The notes under the pieces were generated by a model. That model saw only the letters and a program-made list of their open reading frames with translations. It was not told the DNA's origin and ran no database searches. Shown in pieces: positions 20,209 to 29,395 of a DNA stretch of 64,000 nt. Source of the stretch: Nitrospinota bacterium. GTDB taxonomy: Bacteria; UBA8248. The translations under genes were made by a program, and so were the position numbers. The stretch is taken from the NCBI GenBank assembly GCA_026706735.1, contig JAPOYD010000152.1:1587-65586 (forward strand), written 5' to 3'. How positions within the stretch are numbered: position 1 is the stretch's first letter; the number at the start of each line of letters is the position of its first letter.

Positions 20209-20257
20209 CAAAAGCGCGCGTGACCAAAACCGCCCCACAAGACTTTTTCAACAACCC

Positions 20258-21340
20258 TTAACCGGCCAGCGCGCCCCGCCACAAACGGGGAGACACTTCT
20301 ATGCCCGGCTCCACCTCGCCGATTCTCCGCATCAGGACGAACCTGGGGCTGCCCCGGCGCGTTTTCTTGTCGCTGGCGAGCAGTCGCTTCAGGACCGCGA
20401 GCCCCGGAGGCTCCTCCATGTTCGTGGGCAGTCCGAAACGATCGAGAAGAGCGGTCAACCGCTCCACGTCCCCTGGCGCGCAGCGCCCCATCGCGCAGGA
20501 TATCCGGCCCGCCGCGGACATGCCGACCGCGATGGCCTCCCCGTGGAGCAGTTCGGAGGAATAGCCCGCCAGCGCCTCCACCGCGTGTCCGAGGGTGTGG
20601 CCGAAGTTCAGTATCTGTCTCAGGCCCGCCTCGCGCTCGTCGTGCTCGACGACTCTCGCCTTGATCCGGCAGTTCGAGGCGACAATGCGCCCCATCACGC
20701 CCTCGTCGCGCTCGAGGATCAGCGCCTCGTTCTTCTCCAGAAAGGAAAAAAGGCGGGGGTCCGCTATCGCCGCGTGCTTCACCACCTCGGCCAGCCCCGC
20801 CCTGAACTCCCGCTCGGGCAGCGTCTTCAGCGACGACGTATCGCTGACCACCGCTATCGGCTGATGAAACGCGCCCACGAGGTTTTTTCCCAATCTGTGA
20901 TCGATCGCCGTCTTGCCGCCCACCGCGCTGTCCACCTGGGCGAGGAGCGTCGTCGGCGCCTGGACATAGGGAACCCCTCTCAGGAAGACGGCCGCCGCGA
21001 ATCCGGTGATGTCGCCCACGACGCCGCCGCCCAGGGCCACGGCGCCGCAGCCCCTGTCCAGCCTCAAGGACGCCATCTTGTCCAGTATCCGGGACAACTG
21101 CCGCATCGACTTGCTCGCCTCGCCCGCCGGAATCCTGAACAAAGACGCCTGAACGCCGGCCGCCGTGAGCGAAGCAAGCGTTTTCCCGGCATAGAGCGGC
21201 GCCACGTTCGTGTCCGTCACGACGATCGCCCTCGCGCCCCTGAAATGGCGCTGGCAGACTTTTCCGATATCCCCGAGCGCGTCCGCCCCGATTCTGATCG
21301 TGTAGGAGCGCTCTCCCAGATGAACGCGGACGTTTTTCAT
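20258..21340 (-). CDS. aroB: 3-dehydroquinate synthase
   Basis: 360 aa; GGGVVGDITGFAAA nucleotide-binding loop and DSAVGGKTAI metal/substrate motifs, typical AroB. Confidence 0.9.
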   Translation of the reverse strand: MKNVRVHLGERSYTIRIGADALGDIGKVCQRHFRGARAIVVTDTNVAPLYAGKTLASLTAAGVQASLFRIPAGEASKSMRQLSRILDKMASLRLDRGCGAVALGGGVVGDITGFAAAVFLRGVPYVQAPTTLLAQVDSAVGGKTAIDHRLGKNLVGAFHQPIAVVSDTSSLKTLPEREFRAGLAEVVKHAAIADPRLFSFLEKNEALILERDEGVMGRIVASNCRIKARVVEHDEREAGLRQILNFGHTLGHAVEALAGYSSELLHGEAIAVGMSAAGRISCAMGRCAPGDVERLTALLDRFGLPTNMEEPPGLAVLKRLLASDKKTRRGSPRFVLMRRIGEVEPGIEVSPRLWRGALAG

Positions 21341-22395
21341 GGGGACTCCACCGCGCGATACGCCAGTCCCGCGCCGATAGCGGCAACGGGAGCGAGAGAT
21401 TCCAGCAGATCCGAATCGAACGCCTCTTCGGGCGCTTCGACGCGGCGAAAGGGATCCAGAATTTCCACGGGCGCATCGAGCGCCGCCCCCAGGCGCTCCG
21501 GCAGCCCCTGAAGCTGCGCGCCGCCGCCGGAGAGAACCACGCGCTCGACCTTAGGCGCGGGCGTTATCGGCCACATCAGCCGAAACGTTCCATCAAGCTC
21601 GAAAGCCAGCTTTTCCGCCTCCAGGCGCAGGACTTCTTCCAGGGCGTCCGGGTCGGCGGCGGACGCCTCCCCCCGCTTGACGGCCTCCGCCTCCTCGCGG
21701 GAGATCGCCAGACGATCCGACAGTGCTCTCGTCAACCCCTCTCCGCCGAACGGAACCGCCCTGGCCATCAGCGTGTGCTCATCGCACACCACGTCCACAA
21801 GCGTCTCGGACGCGCCGATATCCACCAGGGCGGTGATTTCCCCTTCCTCGCGCATCCCCGAGAGTTCGAAAGCGCTTTCCATCGCCAGAAAGTTCACATC
21901 CACGATCACGGGCTCATATTCGATGCGCTTCAGGAAATTCAGCAGCGCCTCGAGCGGCTCGCGCTTCACGGCGATCATCAGATACTCATCCAGCCTCTCG
22001 ACCCCTCTTTCGAGTTGCCCGACCCGCAGGTGAGACAGGCGCACCTCGTCCAGCGGAACGGGCAGAACCTGCATCGCCTCGGCTTCCAGGGCGTCCGTGA
22101 CGGGAAAATCCTCCTCGGCGGGCAGCAGCACCGTCCGCACCATGGCCGCCTTGCCCGAAAGCGCCACGACCACCTTTTTTTCTTCCTCCCCCCCGGCGGG
22201 CATCAATTCCGCCAGCGCCCGTTCGACCTCCTCGGGGTCGTGCACGAAGCCGCCATGCACGGCCCCCGGCGCGAGGGATACCGCGCCCAGACGCGAGAGG
22301 ACGAGGCGCTCCCCTTCCTTTTCGAGTTTCACCAGCTTGAGGGCGGAACTCCCGATGTCGATGGCCAATGGCGTGGAATCGTCGGACACGATCAT
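21337..22395 (-). CDS. pilM: Type IV pilus assembly protein PilM (actin-like ATPase)
   Basis: 352 aa; N-terminal IDIGSSALKLVKLEK motif and later LVDIGASETLV, characteristic of PilM/FtsA-like fold; 4-nt ATGA overlap with aroB. Confidence 0.8.
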   Translation of the reverse strand: MIVSDDSTPLAIDIGSSALKLVKLEKEGERLVLSRLGAVSLAPGAVHGGFVHDPEEVERALAELMPAGGEEEKKVVVALSGKAAMVRTVLLPAEEDFPVTDALEAEAMQVLPVPLDEVRLSHLRVGQLERGVERLDEYLMIAVKREPLEALLNFLKRIEYEPVIVDVNFLAMESAFELSGMREEGEITALVDIGASETLVDVVCDEHTLMARAVPFGGEGLTRALSDRLAISREEAEAVKRGEASAADPDALEEVLRLEAEKLAFELDGTFRLMWPITPAPKVERVVLSGGGAQLQGLPERLGAALDAPVEILDPFRRVEAPEEAFDSDLLESLAPVAAIGAGLAYRAVESP

Positions 22396-22415
22396 TCTCT
22401 ACCAGGAGAAAAACA

Positions 22416-23222
22416 TCAAAACAGCCGAATGGGCGTCAGGGTGAACGTACAAATCAGGACAATCATACACGCAAATCCCCAAAAACGCCTCTTGCGCGTC
22501 AGAGGCTCCCACTCGTCCATGAGCGGCGGATGCCGCCTGCCCAGAGCCAGCACCATCACGCTCCAGAAAATCCAGCCGGGCCACCAGTATCCCATCACCA
22601 GAAGAACGAGGCCGATGGCGACGGATATCTTCGCGTGCCACCCCCCGAGAAGCGTGTAGATGACGTGTCCTCCGTCGAGCTGTCCGGCGGGGATGAGATT
22701 GAGCGACGTCACCAGCAATCCGCACCAGCCCGCAAAGGCCACCGGATGGAGCAGAATGGTCTGACCCTTGGGTATCGGGCCGTGCACCAGCCACGCGAGG
22801 CCGTCGAACAGAAGGGGCGTTCCCAGGCCGATGCCGGGAGAGGCGCCGCCGGGGGAGAGACTGGACATCATCAACCCGACGATGAGGGCCGGAACCGCAG
22901 CGGCCAGACCGGCCAGCGGCCCCGCCACGGCCACGTCCATCAGGGCGTTCCGGTTCAGAATCCCACCGCGTATGCGGATGACCGCGCCGAACGTCCCCAG
23001 CAGCGAGGGCGCCGGCAGGAAATAGGGCAGCGATGCGTCGACCCCCCACCTTCGGCTCGCGACGTAATGGCCCATCTCGTGCGCGCCGAGGATCAGGAGC
23101 AGCGTCAGCGAATAGGGCAGCCCGATCAGAAGCGCCGATGGCTGCGAGAAGACGGCGTCCGGCGCGACGCCGCGCTGGAGCGCGCCCGCCAGCAAGGTGG
23201 AAACGGCGGTCAGAACGAACAT
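22416..23222 (-). CDS. Peptidase M50 family (site-2 protease-like) membrane metalloprotease
   Basis: HEMGHY (HExxH) in a TM helix and NLIPAGQLDGGH second motif. The ORF track extends to a GTG at 23489 through Pro/Gly/Arg-rich sequence, so the ATG at 23222 was chosen but the start is uncertain. Confidence 0.65.
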   Translation of the reverse strand: MFVLTAVSTLLAGALQRGVAPDAVFSQPSALLIGLPYSLTLLLILGAHEMGHYVASRRWGVDASLPYFLPAPSLLGTFGAVIRIRGGILNRNALMDVAVAGPLAGLAAAVPALIVGLMMSSLSPGGASPGIGLGTPLLFDGLAWLVHGPIPKGQTILLHPVAFAGWCGLLVTSLNLIPAGQLDGGHVIYTLLGGWHAKISVAIGLVLLVMGYWWPGWIFWSVMVLALGRRHPPLMDEWEPLTRKRRFWGFACMIVLICTFTLTPIRLF

Positions 23223-23563
23223 CAACGCGGGAATCCCGACAACTCTCCAGGCGGGGAGCCGCCTCCCGGCGGCGCTCCCGACACCGGCGGCGGGGCCTGG
23301 GGGCGAGAATGGTTCCGCATGAGGCCCGAGACGGCCCACTCGCTCATCCCGTCCCTGTTCTTCGCGCGGGGCCGCATGAGGGTAGCGGCCGCACGGCCCG
23401 GGGCCTCCTGTTTGTCCGTTCAACGGCTGCATCCACGGCGGGTGAGGACAAGAAATCGCGCATCGCGGGGATTCTAACCCAACCCGCACGCTTCACGCAC
23501 CTTGACACCCCGCGCCTCAATTCCTACTCTCGCGTGTGTGGCACTCCGCCCGCGAGAAAGAAA

Positions 23564-25588
23564 ATGCACAACGCCATCTTGAAATTCATGCTCACAGCCT
23601 CCCTCACCGCATTGCTCGCTACAGGATGCACGCCGGGTCCGGGTTCACAGACCACGCCCGGACCCGCCGCGCGCCCCCCCGCTCCCGAAGCGAAGGCCGA
23701 AACCCCGCCAGCGCCCGAGCCCGCCACGCGAAAGGCGCTCGCCGAAGGCTCCGCAAGCTGGTCGGCCCCTGCTCCTGCGCCGCCACGGACGCCGCTGGCC
23801 GCTCTCGGAGCGGATTTCGAGAAAAATCCGACTGCCCGCGACGCCGACAAGACGCTGCTCGACATCGCAAAACACCAGCTCGCGCGCGGGGAACTCGAAT
23901 CCGCGGCGCGAAGCCTCGAAAGGCTTCAGGAGAAATTCCCCCTCTCCCACCTGTACCCAGAGAGCGCCTTTCACCGCGGCCTCGCCCTCCAGGCTTCCGG
24001 CAGGGACGATGAAGCGTGGATTTCCCTGAGAAGCAGCCTGAGCAAGGAGACCAGCCCCGAACGACGCGCCCTGCTCGAAGCCTCTCTCGGCGACGTGTAT
24101 GAAAAGCGAGGCGAGCCCTTCTCCGCCCTGCTCTCCTATGCGCGCGCCTTGAGGAGCGACCGGAAAATTTTCGGGAAGAAGATTCTCATCGAGCGCATCG
24201 AGGCGCTGGCGCGGGAAATCGCGCCGTATCGGCTCCGCACAGCAGCCGAGCGTTTCGCAGGCACGCCCGCGGGGATGTATCTGCAAGCGGCCCTCGCAGC
24301 CCAGGAGAGGCAGGAGAAACCCTCCCAATCTGCGCGGGATGATACACCCCCCAAAAGCCCGGCGGTCGAATCGGGCGCGCCTTCGCCCGTGATCGGGCGC
24401 GTGGGCATCATGCTCCCGCTCTCCGGCGCCCTGGGCGCCGCCGGCGGGCGCGTATATGACGGCATTCGACTGGCGCTTCGGCACAGCCTGGCGAAATATC
24501 CAGGCCTCAGGATTCAACTCGCGGTTCGCGATACGAAAAGCGCGGCCGGGTCCGCGGGCGACGCGGCGAAAGTGGCCGCCGAACTCATCGAGAAAGAAAA
24601 AGCCCTCGCCCTCATCGGCCCACTCATCACCGAGGCAGCGGAAGACGCAGCCCAAGTTGCGAACCGCCAGAAAACCCCCATGCTCACGCCGTTTGCGGTT
24701 CGGATGCGCATGAACCCCGATTTCACCTGGGTATTTCGCAATTCGCTCACGAACCGCCTCCAGGCACAGGGCGTCGCTTCGTACGCCATCCGCTATCTCG
24801 GGGTGCGGCGCTTCGCCGTCCTGTATCCTGCAGCCCGCGACGGGATAGAGCTGACCGACGCCTTCACCCAGGCGGTGGAGAACCTGGGAGGCGAGGTCGT
24901 CAAAATCGTCTCATATCCGGAAAACGCCACCGACTTCGGGGCGCAGATGCGCGCGCTCGGCGGCATGGACGACCGCCGGTTGAACAGACTGAAACGCTCG
25001 CTGGGGATCAACAGAAACAACCCGTATCAAATCCCGCTGAACTTCGAAGCGCTATTCGTGCCGGTCCGCCACGAGGAGGCGGTTCTCATCGCGCCGCAGG
25101 TCCTCTTCTACAACATGCGCGAGGTCAGGCTCCTGGGCGGCAGCGGATGGAACGACCCCCGCCTGCTCGAACACGGGGAGCGCTACGTGGAGGGCGCGGT
25201 TTTCGTGGACGGGTTTTTCCCGGAATCGGAGGAGCCGATGGTCGCGCGTTTCGTGAGAGAATTCAGAGAGATTTACGGGAAAACACCGGACATCTTCTCG
25301 GCGCTTGGCTACGACGCGGCGCAAATCATCTTCGCTGCAATCGCGCAGGGGGCGAAGACGCGGGAAGACGTGAGGCAATACCTCGCATCCCTCCGGGGCT
25401 TCGAGGGCATCATGGGCCTGACAGACATGGGACCGGACAACGACGCGCAGCGCCAGTTGTTCGTGCTGTCGGTCGAGAAGAAGAAAATACGGCACCTGCA
25501 GATGGTCACGCCGCACAGGACGTTCGCCGGAGGCGCGCCGATAGGCGAGAACGCGCGGTTTTCCCCTGCGCCGACCCCGACGCAATGA
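23564..25588 (+). CDS. LpoA-like outer-membrane lipoprotein (N-terminal TPR-like domain plus C-terminal LivJ-like type-1 periplasmic-binding-protein domain; candidate penicillin-binding-protein activator)
   Basis: 674 aa from the ATG at 23564 (MHNAILKFMLTASLTALLATGCTPG lipobox). A Pro/Ala-rich linker is followed by a TPR-like region (HLYPESAFHRGLAL..., LLSYARALR...) and a C-terminal Leu/Ile/Val-binding-protein-like domain (GRVGIMLPLSGALGAAG...ALIGPLITEAA...). E. coli LpoA has the same architecture and length. The ORF-track 5' extension to 23033 is Arg-rich artefact. Confidence 0.6.
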   Translation: MHNAILKFMLTASLTALLATGCTPGPGSQTTPGPAARPPAPEAKAETPPAPEPATRKALAEGSASWSAPAPAPPRTPLAALGADFEKNPTARDADKTLLDIAKHQLARGELESAARSLERLQEKFPLSHLYPESAFHRGLALQASGRDDEAWISLRSSLSKETSPERRALLEASLGDVYEKRGEPFSALLSYARALRSDRKIFGKKILIERIEALAREIAPYRLRTAAERFAGTPAGMYLQAALAAQERQEKPSQSARDDTPPKSPAVESGAPSPVIGRVGIMLPLSGALGAAGGRVYDGIRLALRHSLAKYPGLRIQLAVRDTKSAAGSAGDAAKVAAELIEKEKALALIGPLITEAAEDAAQVANRQKTPMLTPFAVRMRMNPDFTWVFRNSLTNRLQAQGVASYAIRYLGVRRFAVLYPAARDGIELTDAFTQAVENLGGEVVKIVSYPENATDFGAQMRALGGMDDRRLNRLKRSLGINRNNPYQIPLNFEALFVPVRHEEAVLIAPQVLFYNMREVRLLGGSGWNDPRLLEHGERYVEGAVFVDGFFPESEEPMVARFVREFREIYGKTPDIFSALGYDAAQIIFAAIAQGAKTREDVRQYLASLRGFEGIMGLTDMGPDNDAQRQLFVLSVEKKKIRHLQMVTPHRTFAGGAPIGENARFSPAPTPTQ

Positions 25589-25668
25589 GGGGAAGAGGAA
25601 GCCGGAAAACAGATCCCTGCATGAAAAGCACCCCCCCTACCCCCCTTGACAGGGGGGTAAGAAAAAAA

Positions 25669-25692
25669 GCCCCCCTGACAAGGGGCTTTTTC
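25669..25692 (+). terminator. Rho-independent terminator downstream of the LpoA-like gene
   Basis: AGCCCCCCTGACAAGGGGCT stem-loop followed by TTTTT. It is preceded by a related hairpin ACCCCCCTTGACAGGGGGGT at 25639-25658. Confidence 0.5.
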
Positions 25693-25754
25693 AACAACAC
25701 CCACACATGTAACCCATGTTCTAAAACCTGTAGGGACAGGCCGCGAACCTGTCC

Positions 25755-26270
25755 CTATGGACTTTCATGGTCAAGCAGAATATCAGAAATGACTTGCCTT
25801 GATGCTCCTATCCACACATTCGCCTCCATATTTCTCTCTAAAGCGTTTTCTTGAGAAACAGGGTCAATTCCAAGCGACCTCATCAAGCAGGATGACAACT
25901 CGATTATTGCATTCTCATGGCTTAGAATCTCGATGTATTTGGGGATTTTCTCTGCGAATTTCAAACCGAAAGCATCCCCTTCCACCTCGACGATAATATC
26001 AAAGGCTTTCCGCATTCCGCCTCGGTATGTTTCGAGAATCTCTTCCGCGTCATCAAACTCATACACCATATTCACTGTTTCATAGACCAGGGCAGTGAGA
26101 AAAATTGTCAACTCGGACATCAAAAGAGTGCTGGCTTTCTTAGCGCCGATCATGAAGGGGATTTTGTAGCCGACAGATTTTGCGAAACGATGGCGCACCC
26201 GGGGAGATAACAGCCCCATCACGCTCCCCGCCAGGCGATAGCCTATTTCCTTGTTTGCTCCTATGTCCAC
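25755..26270 (-). CDS. Hypothetical protein (no recognisable family)
   Basis: 171-aa ORF in a locally lower-GC stretch; it is clean in frame, but its function cannot be inferred from sequence. Confidence 0.4.
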   Translation of the reverse strand: MDIGANKEIGYRLAGSVMGLLSPRVRHRFAKSVGYKIPFMIGAKKASTLLMSELTIFLTALVYETVNMVYEFDDAEEILETYRGGMRKAFDIIVEVEGDAFGLKFAEKIPKYIEILSHENAIIELSSCLMRSLGIDPVSQENALERNMEANVWIGASRQVISDILLDHESP

Positions 26271-26388
26271 ACACCCCTCCTATTGGAGATGGCTACAATC
26301 GCCGCCACATCTGAACCTTTGCAGGCATCCTCCAGCCCTTCGTTATGGCCTGAATCGCAAGCGCACATCGGGCATTTCACATTCACCC

Positions 26389-27162
26389 TCAAATCTGTAT
26401 CGCGCCGCACGAGATGGTGTAGGCCTGCCCGGTGATGCCGGCGGCTTCTTCGCTCGCGAGGTAAAGCGCCATGGCGGCGATCTCATCGGGTTTGAGAAAG
26501 CGCCCCATCGGAACCTCGTCCCGGTAGCGGCGCATCGCCGCCTCCCTCTCCTCGTCATGGCCGGCAAGACCTTCTCGGAAGGTGTCGACCAGGCTCGTGT
26601 CCACGAAGCCGGGGCAGATCGCGTTCACGGTGACGCCCGCCCCAGCCGCCTCGAGTGCCACCGATCGCACCAGGCCCAGCACGCCGTGTTTCGCCGCGTG
26701 GTAGGCGCTGCGGTTCGGCCCGCCGATCTTGCCCGAGACCGAGCTTATCGCGATGAGGCGGCCCCAGCCGCGCGCGCTCATGCCCGAGATCGCCGCGCGA
26801 AAGGCGTAGAAGGCGCCGTTTAAGTTCACGCGCATCATTTCATCCCAAAGGGCGTCGGTGGTTTCCTCAAGCCTTGCGTGGATGAGCGCGCCCGCGTTGG
26901 CGACCAGGATGTCCACCCCGCCGAACTCCCGGCCCGCGCGCTCAAGCGCATCTCCCACGCCGCGGGAATCGCCCACATCGCAGGGAACCGCCAAGGAGCG
27001 CCTCCCCTTTTCCTTTATCTCCTGCGCGACCGCGTCGATTTCGGCGCGCGTTCTCGCGGCGACGGCGACGTCCGCGCCCTCGCTTGCGAATTTGAGCGCG
27101 ATGGCGCGCCCGATGCCACGACCTCCGCCGGTAATGAACGCGCGCCTGCCCTCAAGCCGCAT
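26389..27162 (-). CDS. SDR-family oxidoreductase (3-oxoacyl-ACP reductase-like)
   Basis: 257 aa; TGGGRGIGRAIA cofactor-binding motif, NAG, and catalytic S...YxxxK (YHAAK). Confidence 0.85.
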   Translation of the reverse strand: MRLEGRRAFITGGGRGIGRAIALKFASEGADVAVAARTRAEIDAVAQEIKEKGRRSLAVPCDVGDSRGVGDALERAGREFGGVDILVANAGALIHARLEETTDALWDEMMRVNLNGAFYAFRAAISGMSARGWGRLIAISSVSGKIGGPNRSAYHAAKHGVLGLVRSVALEAAGAGVTVNAICPGFVDTSLVDTFREGLAGHDEEREAAMRRYRDEVPMGRFLKPDEIAAMALYLASEEAAGITGQAYTISCGAIQI

Positions 27163-28249
27163 GGGCGCTCTCCCCCGTCCTCATCATACGAGAGCCCAAG
27201 GCCGGATTATCGAAGAAAGCCTCCACCTCGCGGAGAACGGCGTCCATATCCTCCATACGGTTCACCTTCTCGCGCATCGCCGAGCCTCCCCGGAGACCCT
27301 TCGTGTAGGCGGGCAGATGCTTCCGGGAGTGGAAGGCGGCGAGCCGCTCGCCCAGAACCTCCCGCAGCAAGCACAAGTGGCGAAGCGCCACCTTCTTCTT
27401 CTCGGCGAGGCCGGGTGGTGCGGGCAGCTCTCCCGTTTTGATCCAGTGGAGCAGGCGCGAGAAAATCCACGGATTGCCGATGGCCCCACGCCCGATCATC
27501 AGGGCGTCCACGCCGGTGCGGCGAATCATGGCGATGGCGTCCTGAGGACTCAGAATGCTGCCGTTTCCCAGAACGGGGACCCTGACCGCGCGCTTGACCC
27601 GCGCGATGGCGTCCAGATCCACCGCGCCGCTGAACATGGCCTGGCGGGTCCTGCCGTGCACGGTGATGGCCCTGGCGCCCGCGTCTTCCACCGCCCTGGC
27701 GAAAACCTCCGCCGAGCTTCGATCGACGGTGTCCCAGCCGGTGCGCATCTTCACCGTCACCGGAATGCGCACCGCGCGCACCATGGCCGAGACGATTTGA
27801 TATGCTCGTTCGGGGTATCTCAGAAGCGAGGAACCCGCCTGGTTTTTCGTTATCTTCTTGACGGGGCATCCGCAGTTGAGATCGACGATGTCCGCGCCCG
27901 CTTCCTCCACCATGGCCGCCGCCTCGCCCATCTGAACCGGGTCCGCGCCGAAAAGCTGGATGGAGACCGGTTTTTCCGCCGCGTCGTTTCGCATCAGGTC
28001 ATACGTTTTCCTGTGACGCCGAACGAGGGCCTGGCTGCTCACCATCTCGGTGGCGACCATGCCTGCGCCGTGCGCCTTGACCAGCGTGCGGAAGGGCAGG
28101 TTCGTATACCCCGCCATGGGCGCCATGACGAGGCGGTTCTCGAGCCTCACCCCGCCGACCTCCAGGGGCACATCGAAACCCTCCGGCGGCGGCGGAACGG
28201 CCTCAAGCGGCGCCTCCGATACGCAGGGACCCGCTTCTTCAGGGCGCAT
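27152..28249 (-). CDS. dusB: tRNA-dihydrouridine synthase
   Basis: 365 aa; LVMAPMAGYTNLPFR, DLNCGCPVKK and TVHGRTR motifs of the Dus family. Confidence 0.85.
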   Translation of the reverse strand: MRPEEAGPCVSEAPLEAVPPPPEGFDVPLEVGGVRLENRLVMAPMAGYTNLPFRTLVKAHGAGMVATEMVSSQALVRRHRKTYDLMRNDAAEKPVSIQLFGADPVQMGEAAAMVEEAGADIVDLNCGCPVKKITKNQAGSSLLRYPERAYQIVSAMVRAVRIPVTVKMRTGWDTVDRSSAEVFARAVEDAGARAITVHGRTRQAMFSGAVDLDAIARVKRAVRVPVLGNGSILSPQDAIAMIRRTGVDALMIGRGAIGNPWIFSRLLHWIKTGELPAPPGLAEKKKVALRHLCLLREVLGERLAAFHSRKHLPAYTKGLRGGSAMREKVNRMEDMDAVLREVEAFFDNPALGSRMMRTGESAHAA

Positions 28250-28270
28250 CAGTTTATCCTCTCTAAAACG

Positions 28271-29395
28271 CTATTCATCAGGCGCCTCTCCCAGTTCCCA
28301 GGAAGGGTCCGCATCCATGCCGGTAAAATCCATGAAGCCCTCGCGACCACGTTCTCTCAGCCTGAAGCCGCCCGCGCAGGCGATCATCGCGGCGTTGTCC
28401 GTGCAATATTTGCGCGCGGGAAAATGGAGCGACCAGCCCTCTTGCTCCGCCCGCTCGCCCAGACGCACGCGCAGATAGGAATTCGCGGCCACGCCCCCGC
28501 TCACGGAGACGGCGGACAGCTTTTCGCGGCGAACCACCCCGCTCACCTTCTCCACGAGAACCTCCACCGCCGCTTCCTGGAATCCCGCAGCCACCGCGCA
28601 CGCCACTTCTTCGGGCACTTCCTGGGGACGCGCCCAGGGAGGGAGGTTCCTGTCGCTCAGGTACAGCCCTCTTTCTTTCTGGTAGTTTAACACAGCCGTT
28701 TTCAACCCACTAAAGCTGAAGGCGTAAGGTCTGTCCTCAAGAAACGGCCGGGGGAATCCGACCGGAGCGGCGCCGCCCCCGTTCGCTTCGAGAAACTTCG
28801 CATGCAGGCGGTCGACGATGGGGCCGCCCGGATAGCCCAGCCCCATGATGGCCGCCACCTTGTCGTAGGCCTCGCCCAGGGCGTCGTCCAGCGTGCCGCC
28901 CAGGTGCGATACTTCGGCGTGTCCGTTCACGCGGTAGAAATCCGTATGCCCGCCCGAAACAACGAACCCCAGATGCGGAAACGGGGGCGGCGCGTCGCTT
29001 TCATCTCCAGTGGGCAGATACAGGGAATGAACGTGCCCGTCCAGGTGATGCACGCCGATAAGCGGAACGCCCAGGCTCCAGGCCAGTCCCTTTGCCGCGG
29101 AGAGGCCGACGAGCAGGGCCACCACCAGGCCGGGGCCGCGCGTGACGGCCACGGCGTCAATCTCTTTCGTGGAAATCGCAGCCTCCTCCAAAGCCGCTTC
29201 CAGCACGGGCGCGATCATCTCCACGTGGCGGCGCGCCGCGAGCTCCGGGACCACGCCGCCATATCGCGCATGAATCTCGTGTTGCGAGGCCACGACGTTC
29301 GAGAGGACTTTGGGGGCGTTTTCATCCCCGAACTCGAGAACGGCCGCCGCCGTCTCGTCGCAACTCGTCTCCACGCCTAGGATATACACGTTCAT
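28271..29395 (-). CDS. tsaD: tRNA N6-adenosine threonylcarbamoyltransferase
   Basis: MNVYILGVETSCDETAAAV N-terminus and HHLDGHV metal-binding motif (Kae1/Gcp family); ATG 29395 with GAGGAG RBS. Confidence 0.9.
   Translation of the reverse strand: MNVYILGVETSCDETAAAVLEFGDENAPKVLSNVVASQHEIHARYGGVVPELAARRHVEMIAPVLEAALEEAAISTKEIDAVAVTRGPGLVVALLVGLSAAKGLAWSLGVPLIGVHHLDGHVHSLYLPTGDESDAPPPFPHLGFVVSGGHTDFYRVNGHAEVSHLGGTLDDALGEAYDKVAAIMGLGYPGGPIVDRLHAKFLEANGGGAAPVGFPRPFLEDRPYAFSFSGLKTAVLNYQKERGLYLSDRNLPPWARPQEVPEEVACAVAAGFQEAAVEVLVEKVSGVVRREKLSAVSVSGGVAANSYLRVRLGERAEQEGWSLHFPARKYCTDNAAMIACAGGFRLRERGREGFMDFTGMDADPSWELGEAPDE

Noticed and set aside
19772-20250. Small ORFs (63-115 aa) predicted across the MITE region
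   Set aside because: They are encoded by the inverted repeats themselves (the same peptide such as SFRRMPESR appears on both strands and again at 32.8 kb), which is a hallmark of repeat-derived pseudo-ORFs.
20120-21511. 463-aa plus-strand ORF antisense to aroB/pilM
   Set aside because: Same reasoning: antisense to two strongly supported genes, with biased composition.
23033-23563. N-terminal 177-aa extension of the 851-aa ORF (Arg/Ala-rich)
   Set aside because: It has extreme Arg content with no hydrophobic core. A proper lipoprotein signal plus RBS-like sequence occurs at the internal ATG 23564. Open frames of this kind are expected by chance in about 65% GC DNA.
26858-28690. 610-aa plus-strand ORF antisense to the SDR, dusB and tsaD genes
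   Set aside because: It spans three well-supported minus-strand genes, has Arg/Pro-rich composition and no motifs.
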